Assembly: GCA_053919585.1 (NCBI GenBank)
Contig: CM132827.1
Source of the DNA: Euprymna scolopes
Lineage: Eukaryota
Length of the DNA: 64,000 nt
Direction: 5' to 3' (one strand)
In this document: positions 49,801 through 61,800 of the stretch, piece by piece
Layout: every line of letters starts with the position of its first letter
Numbering within the stretch: the stretch's first letter is position 1
The notes under the pieces: model-generated
Seen by the model: only the letters and a program-made list of their open reading frames with translations
What the model was told of the DNA's origin: nothing
Databases searched by the model: none
Program-made: the position numbers and the translations under genes

Positions 49801-52800
49801 AGCTAAACACTGTGTTCATATCCATCAAAGGATCACCTTCAGTGGAGAAAATGAGAAAGGCACCATTTTCTTGGGAGCCAAACACTCTGTTCATATCCAT
49901 CAAAGGATAACCTTCAGTGGAGAAAATGAGAAAGGCACCATTTTCTTGGGACCCAAACACTCTGTTCATATCCATCAAAGGATAACCTTCAGTGAAGAAA
50001 ATGAGAAAGGCACCATTTTCTTGGGACCCAAACACTCTGTTCATATCCATCAAAGGATAACCTTCAGTTGAGAAAATGAGAAAGGCACCATTTTCTTGGG
50101 AGCTAAACACTGTGTTCATATCCATCAAAGGATCACCTTCAGTGGAGAAAATGAGAAAGGCACCATTTTCTTGGGAACCAAACACTTTGTTCATATCCAT
50201 CAAAAGATCACCTTCAGTGAAGAAAATGAGAAAGGCACCATTTTCTTGGGAGCTAAACACTGTGTTCATATCCATCAAAGGATCACCTTCAGTGGAGAAA
50301 ATTAGAGAGGCATCATTTTCTTGGGAGCTAAACACTGTGTTCATATCCATCAAAGGATCACCTTCAGTGGAGAAAATGAGAAAGGCATCATTTTCTTGGG
50401 AACCAAACACTCTGTTCATATCCATCAAAGGATCACCTTCAGTGGAGAAAATGAGAAAGGCACCATTTTCTTGGGAACCAAACACTCTGTTCATATCCAT
50501 CAAAGGATCACCTTCCGTGGAGAAAATTAGAGAGGCATCATTTTCTTGGGATCCAAACACTGTGTTCATATCCATCAAAGGATCACCTTCAGTGGAGAAA
50601 ATGAGAAAGGCACCATTTTCTTGGGAGCTAAACACTCTGTTCATATCCATCAAAGGATAACCTTCAGTGAAGAAAATTAGAGAGGCATCATTTTCTTGGG
50701 AACCAAACACTCTGTTCATATCCATCAAAGGATCACCTTCAGTGGAGAAAATGAGAAAGGCACCATTTTCTTGGGAACCAAACACTGTGTTCATATCCAT
50801 CAAAGGATAACCTTCAGTGAAGAAAATGAGAAAGGCACCATTTTCTTGGGAACCAAACACTCTGTTCATATCCATCAAAGGATCACCTTCAGTGGAGAAA
50901 ATTAGAGAGGCATCATTTTCTTGGGACCCAAACACTCTGTTCATATCCATCAAAGGATAACCTTCAGTGGAGAAAATGAGAAAGGCACCATTTTCTTGGG
51001 AGCTAAACACTGTGTTCATATCCATAAAAGGATCACCTTCAGTGGAGAAAATGAGAAAGGCACCATTTTCTTGGGAGCCAAACACTCTGTTCATATCCAT
51101 CAAAGGATAACCTTCAGTGAAGAAAATTAGAGAGGCATCATTTTCTTGGGAACCAAACACTCTGTTCATATCCATCAAAGGATAACCTTCAGTGAAGAAA
51201 ATGAGAAAGGCACCATTTTCTTGGGACCCAAACACTCTGTTCATATCCATCAAAGGATCACCTTCAGTGGAGAAAATGAGAAAGGCACCATTTTCTTGGG
51301 AACCAAACACTCTGTTCATATCCATCAAAGGATCACCTTCAGTGGAGAAAATGAGAAAGGCACCATTTTCTTGGGAACCAAACACTGTGTTCATATCCAT
51401 CAAAGGATCACCTTCAGTGAAGAAAATGAGAAAGGCACCATTTTCTTGGGAGCTAAACACTGTGTTCATATCCATCAAAGGATCACCTTCAGTGGAGAAA
51501 ATTAGAGAGGCACCATTTTCTTGGGAGCTAAACACTGTGTTCATATCCATCAAAGGATCACCTTCAGTGAAGAAAATGAGAAAGGCACCATTTTCTTGGG
51601 AGCTAAACACTGTGTTCATATCCATCAAAGGATCACCTTCAGTGGAGAAAATTAGAGAGGCACCATTTTCTTGGGAGCTAAACACTGTGTTCATATCCAT
51701 CAAAGGATCACCTTCAGTGGAGAAAATGAGAAAGGCACCATTTTCTTGGGAACCAAACACTCTGTTCATATCCATCAAAGGATCACCTTCAGTGGAGAAA
51801 ATTAGAGAGGCATCATTTTCTTGGGAACCAAACACTCTGTTCATATCCATCAAAGGATCACCTTCAGTGGAGAAAATGAGAAAGGCACCATTTTCTTGGG
51901 AGCCAAACACTGTGTTCATATCCATCAAAGGATCACCTTCAGTGGAGAAAATGAGAAAGGCACCATTTTCTTGGGAACCAAACACTCTGTTCATATCCAT
52001 CAAAGGATCACCTTCAGTGAAGAAAATGAGAAAGGCACCATTTTCTTGGGAGCCAAACACTGTGTTCATATCCATCAAAGGATCACCTTCAGTGGAGAAA
52101 ATGAGAAAGGCACCATTTTCTTGGGACCCAAACACTCTGTTCATATCCATCAAAGGATCACCTTCAGTGAAGAAAATGAGAAAGGCACCATTTTCTTGGG
52201 AACCAAACACTCTGTTCAAATCCATCAAAGGATCACCTTCAGTGGAGAAAATTAGAGAGGCACCATTTTCTTGGGAACCAAACACTCTGTTCATATCCAT
52301 CAAAGGATAACCTTCAGTGGAGAAAATGAGAAAGGCACCATTTTCTTGGGACCCAAACACTCTGTTCATATCCATCAAAGGATCACCTTCAGTGGAGAAA
52401 ATGAGAAAGGCACCATTTTCTTGGGACCCAAACACTCTGTTCATATCCATCAAAGGATCACCTTCAGTGGAGAAAATTAGAGAGGCACCATTTTCTTGGG
52501 AACCAAACACTCTGTTCATATCCATCAAAGGATAACCTTCAGTGGAGAAAATGAGAAAGGCACCATTTTCTTGGGACCCAAACACTCTGTTCATATCCAT
52601 CAAAGGATCACCTTCAGTGGAGAAAATGAGAAAGGCACCATTTTCTTGGGACCCAAACACTCTGTTCATATCCATCAAAGGATCACCTTCAGTGGAGAAA
52701 ATTAGAGAGGCACCATTTTCTTGGGAACCAAACACTCTGTTCATATCCATCAAAGGATAACCTTCAGTGAAGAAAATGAGAAAGGCACCATTTTCTTGGG

Positions 52801-55800
52801 AGCCAAACACTCTGTTCATATCCATCAAAGGATCACCTTCAGTGAAGAAAATGAGAAAGGCACCATTTTCTTGGGAACCAAACACTCTGTTCATATCCAT
52901 CAAAGGATCACCTTCAGTGGAGAAAATTAGAGAGGCACCATTTTCTTGGGAGCCAAACACTCTGTTCATATCCATCAAAGGATCACCTTCAGTGAAGAAA
53001 ATGAGAAAGGCACCATTTTCTTGGGAGCCAAACACTCTGTTCATATCCATCAAAGGATCACCTTCAGTGAAGAAAATGAGAAAGGCACCATTTTCTTGGG
53101 AGCCAAACACTCTGTTCATATCCATCAAAGGATCACCTTCAGTGAAGAAAATGAGAAAGGCACCATTTTCTTGGGAACCAAACACTCTGTTCATATCCAT
53201 CAAAGGATCACCTTCAGTGGAGAAAATTAGAGAGGCACCATTTTCTTGGGAACCAAACACTGTGTTCATATCCATCAAAGGATCACCTTCAGTGGAGAAA
53301 ATGAGAAAGGCACCATTTTCTTGGGAGCTAAACACTGTGTTCATATCCATCAAAGGATCACCTTCAGTGGAGAAAATTAGAGAGGCATCATTTTCTTAGG
53401 AACCAAACACTCTGTTCATATCCATCAAAGGATCACCTTCAGTGAAGAAAATGAGAAAGGCACCATTTTCTTGGGACCCAAACACTCTGTTCATATCCAT
53501 CAAAGGATCACCTTCAGTGAAGAAAATGAGAAAGGCACCATTTTCTTGGGAACCAAACACTCTGTTCATATCCATCAAAGGATCACCTTCAGTGGAGAAA
53601 ATGAGAAAGGCACCATTTTCTTGGGAACCAAACACTGTGTTCATATCCATCAAAGGATAACCTTCAGTGAAGAAAATGAGAAAGGCACCATTTTCTTGGG
53701 AACCAAACACTCTGTTCATATCCATCAAAGGATCACCTTCAGTGGAGAAAATTAGAGAGGCATCATTTTCTTGGGAGCTAAACACTGTGTTCATATCCAT
53801 CAAAGGATCACCTTCAGTGGAGAAAATGAGAAAGGCACCATTTTCTTGGGAGCTAAACACTGTGTTCATATCCATCAAAGGATCACCTTCAGTGGAGAAA
53901 ATGAGAAAGGCACCATTTTCTTGGGAGCCAAACACTCTGTTCATATCCATCAAAGGATAACCTTCAGTGAAGAAAATTAGAGAGGCATCATTTTCTTGGG
54001 AACCAAACACTCTGTTCATATCCATCAAAGGATAACCTTCAGTGAAGAAAATGAGAAAGGCACCATTTTCTTGGGACCCAAACACTCTGTTCATATCCAT
54101 CAAAGGATCACCTTCAGTGGAGAAAATGAGAAAGGCACCATTTTCTTGGGAACCAAACACTCTGTTCATATCCATCAAAGGATCACCTTCAGTGGAGAAA
54201 ATGAGAAAGGCACCATTTTCTTGGGAACCAAACACTGTGTTCATATCCATCAAAGGATCACCTTCAGTGAAGAAAATGAGAAAGGCACCATTTTCTTGGG
54301 AGCTAAACACTGTGTTCATATCCATCAAAGGATCACCTTCAGTGGAGAAAATTAGAGAGGCACCATTTTCTTGGGAGCTAAACACTGTGTTCATATCCAT
54401 CAAAGGATCACCTTCAGTGAAGAAAATGAGAAAGGCACCATTTTCTTGGGAGCTAAACACTGTGTTCATATCCATCAAAGGATCACCTTCAGTGGAGAAA
54501 ATTAGAGAGGCACCATTTTCTTGGGAGCTAAACACTGTGTTCATATCCATCAAAGGATCACCTTCAGTGGAGAAAATGAGAAAGGCACCATTTTCTTGGG
54601 AACCAAACACTCTGTTCATATCCATCAAAGGATCACCTTCAGTGGAGAAAATTAGAGAGGCATCATTTTCTTGGGAACCAAACACTCTGTTCATATCCAT
54701 CAAAGGATCACCTTCAGTGGAGAAAATGAGAAAGGCACCATTTTCTTGGGAGCCAAACACTGTGTTCATATCCATCAAAGGATCACCTTCAGTGGAGAAA
54801 ATGAGAAAGGCACCATTTTCTTGGGAACCAAACACTCTGTTCATATCCATCAAAGGATCACCTTTAGTGAAGAAAATGAGAAAGGCACCATTTTCTTGGG
54901 AGCCAAACACTGTGTTCATATCCATCAAAGGATCACCTTCAGTGGAGAAAATGAGAAAGGCACCATTTTCTTGGGACCCAAACACTCTGTTCATATCCAT
55001 CAAAGGATCACCTTCAGTGAAGAAAATGAGAAAGGCACCATTTTCTTGGGAACCAAACACTCTGTTCAAATCCATCAAAGGATCACCTTCAGTGGAGAAA
55101 ATTAGAGAGGCACCATTTTCTTGGGAACCAAACACTCTGTTCATATCCATCAAAGGATAACCTTCAGTGGAGAAAATGAGAAAGGCACCATTTTCTTGGG
55201 ACCCAAACACTCTGTTCATATCCATCAAAGGATCACCTTCAGTGGAGAAAATTAGAGAGGCACCATTTTCTTGGGAACCAAACACTCTGTTCATATCCAT
55301 CAAAGGATAACCTTCAGTGGAGAAAATGAGAAAGGCACCATTTTCTTGGGACCCAAACACTCTGTTCATATCCATCAAAGGATCACCTTCAGTGGAGAAA
55401 ATGAGAAAGGCACCATTTTCTTGGGACCCAAACACTCTGTTCATATCCATCAAAGGATCACCTTCAGTGGAGAAAATTAGAGAGGCACCATTTTCTTGGG
55501 AACCAAACACTCTGTTCATATCCATCAAAGGATAACCTTCAGTGAAGAAAATGAGAAAGGCACCATTTTCTTGGGAGCCAAACACTCTGTTCATATCCAT
55601 CAAAGGATCACCTTCAGTGAAGAAAATGAGAAAGGCACCATTTTCTTGGGAACCAAACACTCTGTTCATATCCATCAAAGGATCACCTTCAGTGGAGAAA
55701 ATTAGAGAGGCACCATTTTCTTGGGAGCCAAACACTCTGTTCATATCCATCAAAGGATCACCTTCAGTGAAGAAAATGAGAAAGGCACCATTTTCTTGGG

Positions 55801-58800
55801 AGCTAAACACTGTGTTCATATCCATCAAAGGATCACCTTCAGTGGAGAAAATTAGAGAGGCATCATTTTCTTGGGAACCAAACACTCTGTTCATATCCAT
55901 CAAAGGATCACCTTCAGTGAAGAAAATGAGAAAGGCACCATTTTCTTGGGACCCAAACACTCTGTTCATATCCATCAAAGGATCACCTTCAGTGAAGAAA
56001 ATGAGAAAGGCACCATTTTCTTGGGAACCAAACACTGTGTTCATATCCATCAAAGGATAACCTTCAGTGGAGAAAATGAGAAAGGCACAATTTTCTTGGG
56101 AACCAAACACTCCGTTCATATCCATCAAAGGATCACCTTCAGTGGAGAAAATGAGAGAGGCATCATTTTCTTGGGACCCAAACACTCTGTTCATATCCAT
56201 CAAAGGATAACCTTCAGTGGAGAAAATGAGAGAGGCACCATTTTCTTGGGAGCCAAACACTCTGTTCATATCCATCAAAGGATAACCTTCAGTGGAGAAA
56301 ATGAGAAAGGCACCATTTTCTTGGGACCCAAACACTCTGTTCATATCCCTCAAAGGATAACCTTCAGTGGAGAAAATGAGAGAGGCATCATTTTCTTGGG
56401 ACCCAAACACTGTGTTCATATCCATCAAAAGATCACCTTCAGTGGAGAAAATGAGAAAGGCACAATTTTCTTGGGAACCAAACACTGTGTTCATATCAAT
56501 CAAAGGATAACCTTCAGTGAAGAAAATGAGAAAGGCACCATTTTCTTGGGACCCAAACACTCTGTTCATATCCATCAAAGGATAACCTTCAGTGGAGAAA
56601 ATGAGAAAGGCACCATTTTCTTGGGAGCCAAACACTGTGTTCATATCCATCAAAAGATCACCTTCAGTGGAGAAAATGAGAAAGGCACAATTTTCTTGGG
56701 AACCAAACACTGTGTTCATATCCATCAAAGGATAACCTTCAGTGAAGAAAATGAGAAAGGCACCATTTTCTTGGGACCCAAACACTCTGTTCATATCCAT
56801 CAAAGGATCACCTTCAGTGGAGAAAATTAGAGAGGCATCATTTTCTTGGGAACCAAACACTCTGTTCATATCCATCAAAGGATCACCTTCAGTGAAGAAA
56901 ATGAGAAAGGCACCATTTTCTTGGGACCCAAACACTCTGTTCATATCCATCAAAGGATCACCTTCAGTGAAGAAAATGAGAAAGGCACCATTTTCTTGGG
57001 AACCAAACACTGTGTTCATATCCATCAAAGGATAACCTTCAGTGGAGAAAATGAGAAAGGCACAATTTTCTTGGGAACCAAACACTCCGTTCATATCCAT
57101 CAAAGGATCACCTTCAGTGGAGAAAATGAGAGAGGCATCATTTTCTTGGGACCCAAACACTCTGTTCATATCCATCAAAGGATAACCTTCAGTGGAGAAA
57201 ATGAGAGAGGCACCATTTTCTTGGGAGCCAAACACTCTGTTCATATCCATCAAAGGATAACCTTCAGTGGAGAAAATGAGAAAGGCACCATTTTCTTGGG
57301 ACCCAAACACTCTGTTCATATCCCTCAAAGGATAACCTTCAGTGGAGAAAATGAGAGAGGCATCATTTTCTTGGGACCCAAACACTGTGTTCATATCCAT
57401 TAAAAGATCACCTTCAGTGGAGAAAATGAGAAAGGCACAATTTTCTTGGGAACCAAACACTGTGTTCATATCCATCAAAGGATAACCTTCAGTGAAGAAA
57501 ATGAGAAAGGCACCATTTTCTTGGGACCCAAACACTCTGTTCATATCCATCAAAGGATAACCTTCAGTGGAGAAAATGAGAAAGGCACCATTTTCTTGGG
57601 AGCCAAACACTGTGTTCATATCCATCAAAAGATCACCTTCAGTGGAGAAAATGAGAAAGGCACAATTTTCTTGGGAACCAAACACTGTGTTCATATCCAT
57701 CAAAGGATAACCTTCAGTGAAGAAAATGAGAAAGGCACCATTTTCTTGGGACCCAAACACTCTGTTCATATCCATCAAAGGATAACCTTCAGTGGAGAAA
57801 ATGAGAAAGGCACCATTTTCTTGGGAGCCAAACACTGTGTTCATATCCATCAAAAGATCACCTTCAGTGGAGAAAATGAGAAAGGCACAATTTTCTTGGG
57901 ACCCAAACACTCTGTTCATATCCATCAAAGGATAACCTTCAGTGGAGAAAATGAGAAAGGCACCATTTTCTTGGGAGCCAAACACTGTGTTCATATCCAT
58001 CAAAAGATCACCTTCAGTGGAGAAAATGAGAAAGGCACCATTTTCTTGGGAGCCAAACACTGTGTTCATATCCATCAAAGGATAACCTTCAGTGGAGAAA
58101 ATGAGAAAGGCACCATTTTCTTGGGACCCAAACACTCTGTTCATATCCATCAAAGGATAACCTTCAGTGGAGAAAATGAGAGAGGCATCATTTTCTTGGG
58201 ACCCAAACACTGTGTTCATATCCATCAAAAGATCACCTTCAGTGGAGAAAATGAGAAAGGCACAATTTTCTTGGGAACCAAACACTGTGTTCATATCCAT
58301 CAAAGGATAACCTTCAGTGAAGAAAATGAGAAAGGCACCATTTTCTTGGGACCCAAACACTCTGTTCATATCCATCAAAGGATAACCTTCAGTGGAGAAA
58401 ATGAGAAAGGCACCATTTTCTTGGGACCCAAACACTCTGTTCATATCCATCAAAGGATAACCTTCAGTGGAGAAAATGAGAGAGGCATCATTTTCTTGGG
58501 ACCCAAACACTGTGTTCATATCCATCAAAAGATCACCTTCAGTGGAGAAAATGAGAAAGGCACAATTTTCTTGGGAACCAAACACTGTGTTCATATCCAT
58601 CAAAGGATAACCTTCAGTGAAGAAAATGAGAAAGGCACCATTTTCTTGGGACCCAAACACTCTGTTCATATCCATCAAAGGATAACCTTCAGTGGAGAAA
58701 ATGAGAAAGGCACCATTTTCTTGGGAGCCAAACACTGTGTTCATATCCATCAAAAGATCACCTTCAGTGGAGAAAATGAGAGAGGCATCATTTTCTTGGG

Positions 58801-61800
58801 ACCCAAACACTCTGTTCATATCCATCAAAGGATCACCTTCAGTGGAGAAAATTAGAGAGGCACCATTTTCTTGGGAGCCAAACACTCTGTTCATATCCAT
58901 CAAAGGATCACCTTCAGTGAAGAAAATGAGAAAGGCACCATTTTCTTGGGAGCCAAACACTCTGTTCATATCCATCAAAGACTCACCTTCAGTGAAGAAA
59001 ATGAGAAAGGCACCATTTTCTTGGGAGCCAAACACTCTGTTCATATCCATCAAAGGATCACCTTCAGTGAAGAAAATGAGAAAGGCACCATTTTCTTGGG
59101 AACCAAACACTCTGTTCATATCCATCAAAGGACCACCTTCAGTGGAGAAAATTAGAGAGGCACCATTTTCTTGGGAACCAAACACTGTGTTCATATCCAT
59201 CAAAGGATCACCTTCAGTGGAGAAAATGAGAAAGGCACCATTTTCTTGGGAGCTAAACACTGTGTTCATATCCATCAAAGGATCACCTTCAGTGGAGAAA
59301 ATTAGAGAGGCATCATTTTCTTGGGAACCAAACACTGTGTTCATATCCATCAAAGGATCACCTTCAGTGAAGAAAATGAGAAAGGCACCATTTTCTTGGG
59401 ACCCAAACACTCTGTTCATATCCATCAAAGGATCACCTTCAGTGAAGAAAATGAGAAAGGCACCATTTTCTTGGGAACCAAACACTGTGTTCATATCCAT
59501 CAAAGGATAACCTTCAGTGGAGAAAATGAGAAAGGCACAATTTTCTTGGGAACCAAACACTCCGTTCATATCCATCAAAGGATCACCTTCAGTGGAGAAA
59601 ATGAGAAAGGCACAATTTTCTTGGGAACCAAACACTCTGTTCATATCCATCAAAGGATAACCTTCAGTGAAGAAAATGAGAAAGGCACCATTTTCTTGGG
59701 AACCAAACACTGTGTTCATATCCATCAAAGGATAACCTTCAGTGAAGAAAATGAGAGAGGCACCATTTTCTTGGGACCCAAACACTCTGTTCATATCCAT
59801 CAAAGGATAACCTTCAGTGGAGAAAATGAGAAAGGCACCATTTTCTTGGGAGCCAAACACTGTGTTCATATCCATCAAAAGATCACCTTCAGTGGAGAAA
59901 ATGAGAGAGGCATCATTTTCTTGGGACCCAAACACTCTGTTCATATCCATCAAAGGATAACCTTCAGTGGAGAAAATGAGAGAGGCACCATTTTCTTGGG
60001 AGCCAAACACTCTGTTCATATCCATCAAAGGATAACCTTCAGTGGAGAAAATGAGAAAGGCACCATTTTCTTGGGACCCAAACACTCTGTTCATATCCCT
60101 CAAAGGATAACCTTCAGTGGAGAAAATTAGAGAGGCATCATTTTCTTGGGACCCAAACACTGTGTTCATATCCATCAAAAGATCACCTTCAGTGGAGAAA
60201 ATGAGAAAGGCACAATTTTCTTGGGAACCAAACACTGTGTTCATATCCATCAAAGGATAACCTTCAGTGAAGAAAATGAGAAAGGCACCATTTTCTTGGG
60301 ACCCAAACACTCTGTTCATATCCATCAAAGGATAACCTTCAGTGGAGAAAATGAGAAAGGCACCATTTTCTTGGGAGCCAAACACTGTGTTCATATCCAT
60401 CAAAAGATCACCTTCAGTGGAGAAAATGAGAAAGGCACAATTTTCTTGGGAACCAAACACTGTGTTCATATCCATCAAAGGATAACCTTCAGTGAAGAAA
60501 ATGAGAAAGGCACCATTTTCTTGGGACCCAAACACTCTGTTCATATCCATCAAAGGATAACCTTCAGTGGAGAAAATGAGAAAGGCACCATTTTCTTGGG
60601 AGCCAAACACTGTGTTCATATCCATCAAAAGATCACCTTCAGTGGAGAAAATGAGAAAGGCACAATTTTCTTGGGACCCAAACACTCTGTTCATATCCAT
60701 CAAAGGATAACCTTCAGTGGAGAAAATGAGAAAGGCACCATTTTCTTGGGAGCCAAACACTGTGTTCATATCCATCAAAAGATCACCTTCAGTGGAGAAA
60801 ATGAGAAATGCACCATTTTCTTGGGAGCCAAACACTGTGTTCATATCCATCAAAGGATAACCTTCAGTGGAGAAAATGAGAAAGGCACCATTTTCTTGGG
60901 ACCCAAACACTCTGTTCATATCCATCAAAGGATAACCTTCAGTGGAGAAAATGAGAGAGGCATCATTTTCCTGGGACCCAAACACTGTGTTCATATCCAT
61001 CAAAGGATAACCTTCAGTGGAGAAAATGAGAAAGGCACCATTTTCTTGGGACCCAAACACTCTGTTCATATCCATCAAAGGATCACCTTCAGTGGAGAAA
61101 ATGAGAAAGGCACCATTTTCCTGGGAGCCAAACACTCTGTTCATATCCATCAAAGGATAACCTTCAGTGGAGAAAATGAGAAAGGCATCATTTTCTTGGG
61201 AGCCAAACACTCTGTTCATATCCATCAAAGGATCAACTTCAGTGGAGAAAATGAGAAAGGCACCATTTTCTTGGGACCCAAACACTCTGTTCATATCCAT
61301 CAAAGGATAACCTTCAGTAGAGAAAATGAGAAAGGCATCATTTTCTTGGGACCCAAACACTGTGTTCATATCCATCAAAGGATAACCTTCAGTGGAGAAA
61401 ATGAGAGAGGCATCATTTTCTTGGGACCCAAACACTCTGTTCATATCCATCAAAGGATCACCTTCAGTGGAGAAAATAAGAAAGGCATCATTTTCTTGGG
61501 ACCCAAACACTCTGTTCATATCCATCAAAGGATAACCTTCAGTGGAGAAAATGAGAAAGGCATCATTTTCTTGGGACCCAAACACTGTGTTCATATCCAT
61601 CAAAGGATAACCTTCAGTAGAGAAAATGAGAAAGGCACCATTTTCTTGGGAGCCAAACACTGTGTTCATATCCATCAAAGGATCACCTTCAGTGAAGAAA
61701 ATGAGAAAGGCACCATTTTCTTGGGACCCAAACACTCTGTTCATATCCATCAAAGGATAACCTTCAGTGGAGAAAATGAGAAAGGCACCATTTTCTTGGG

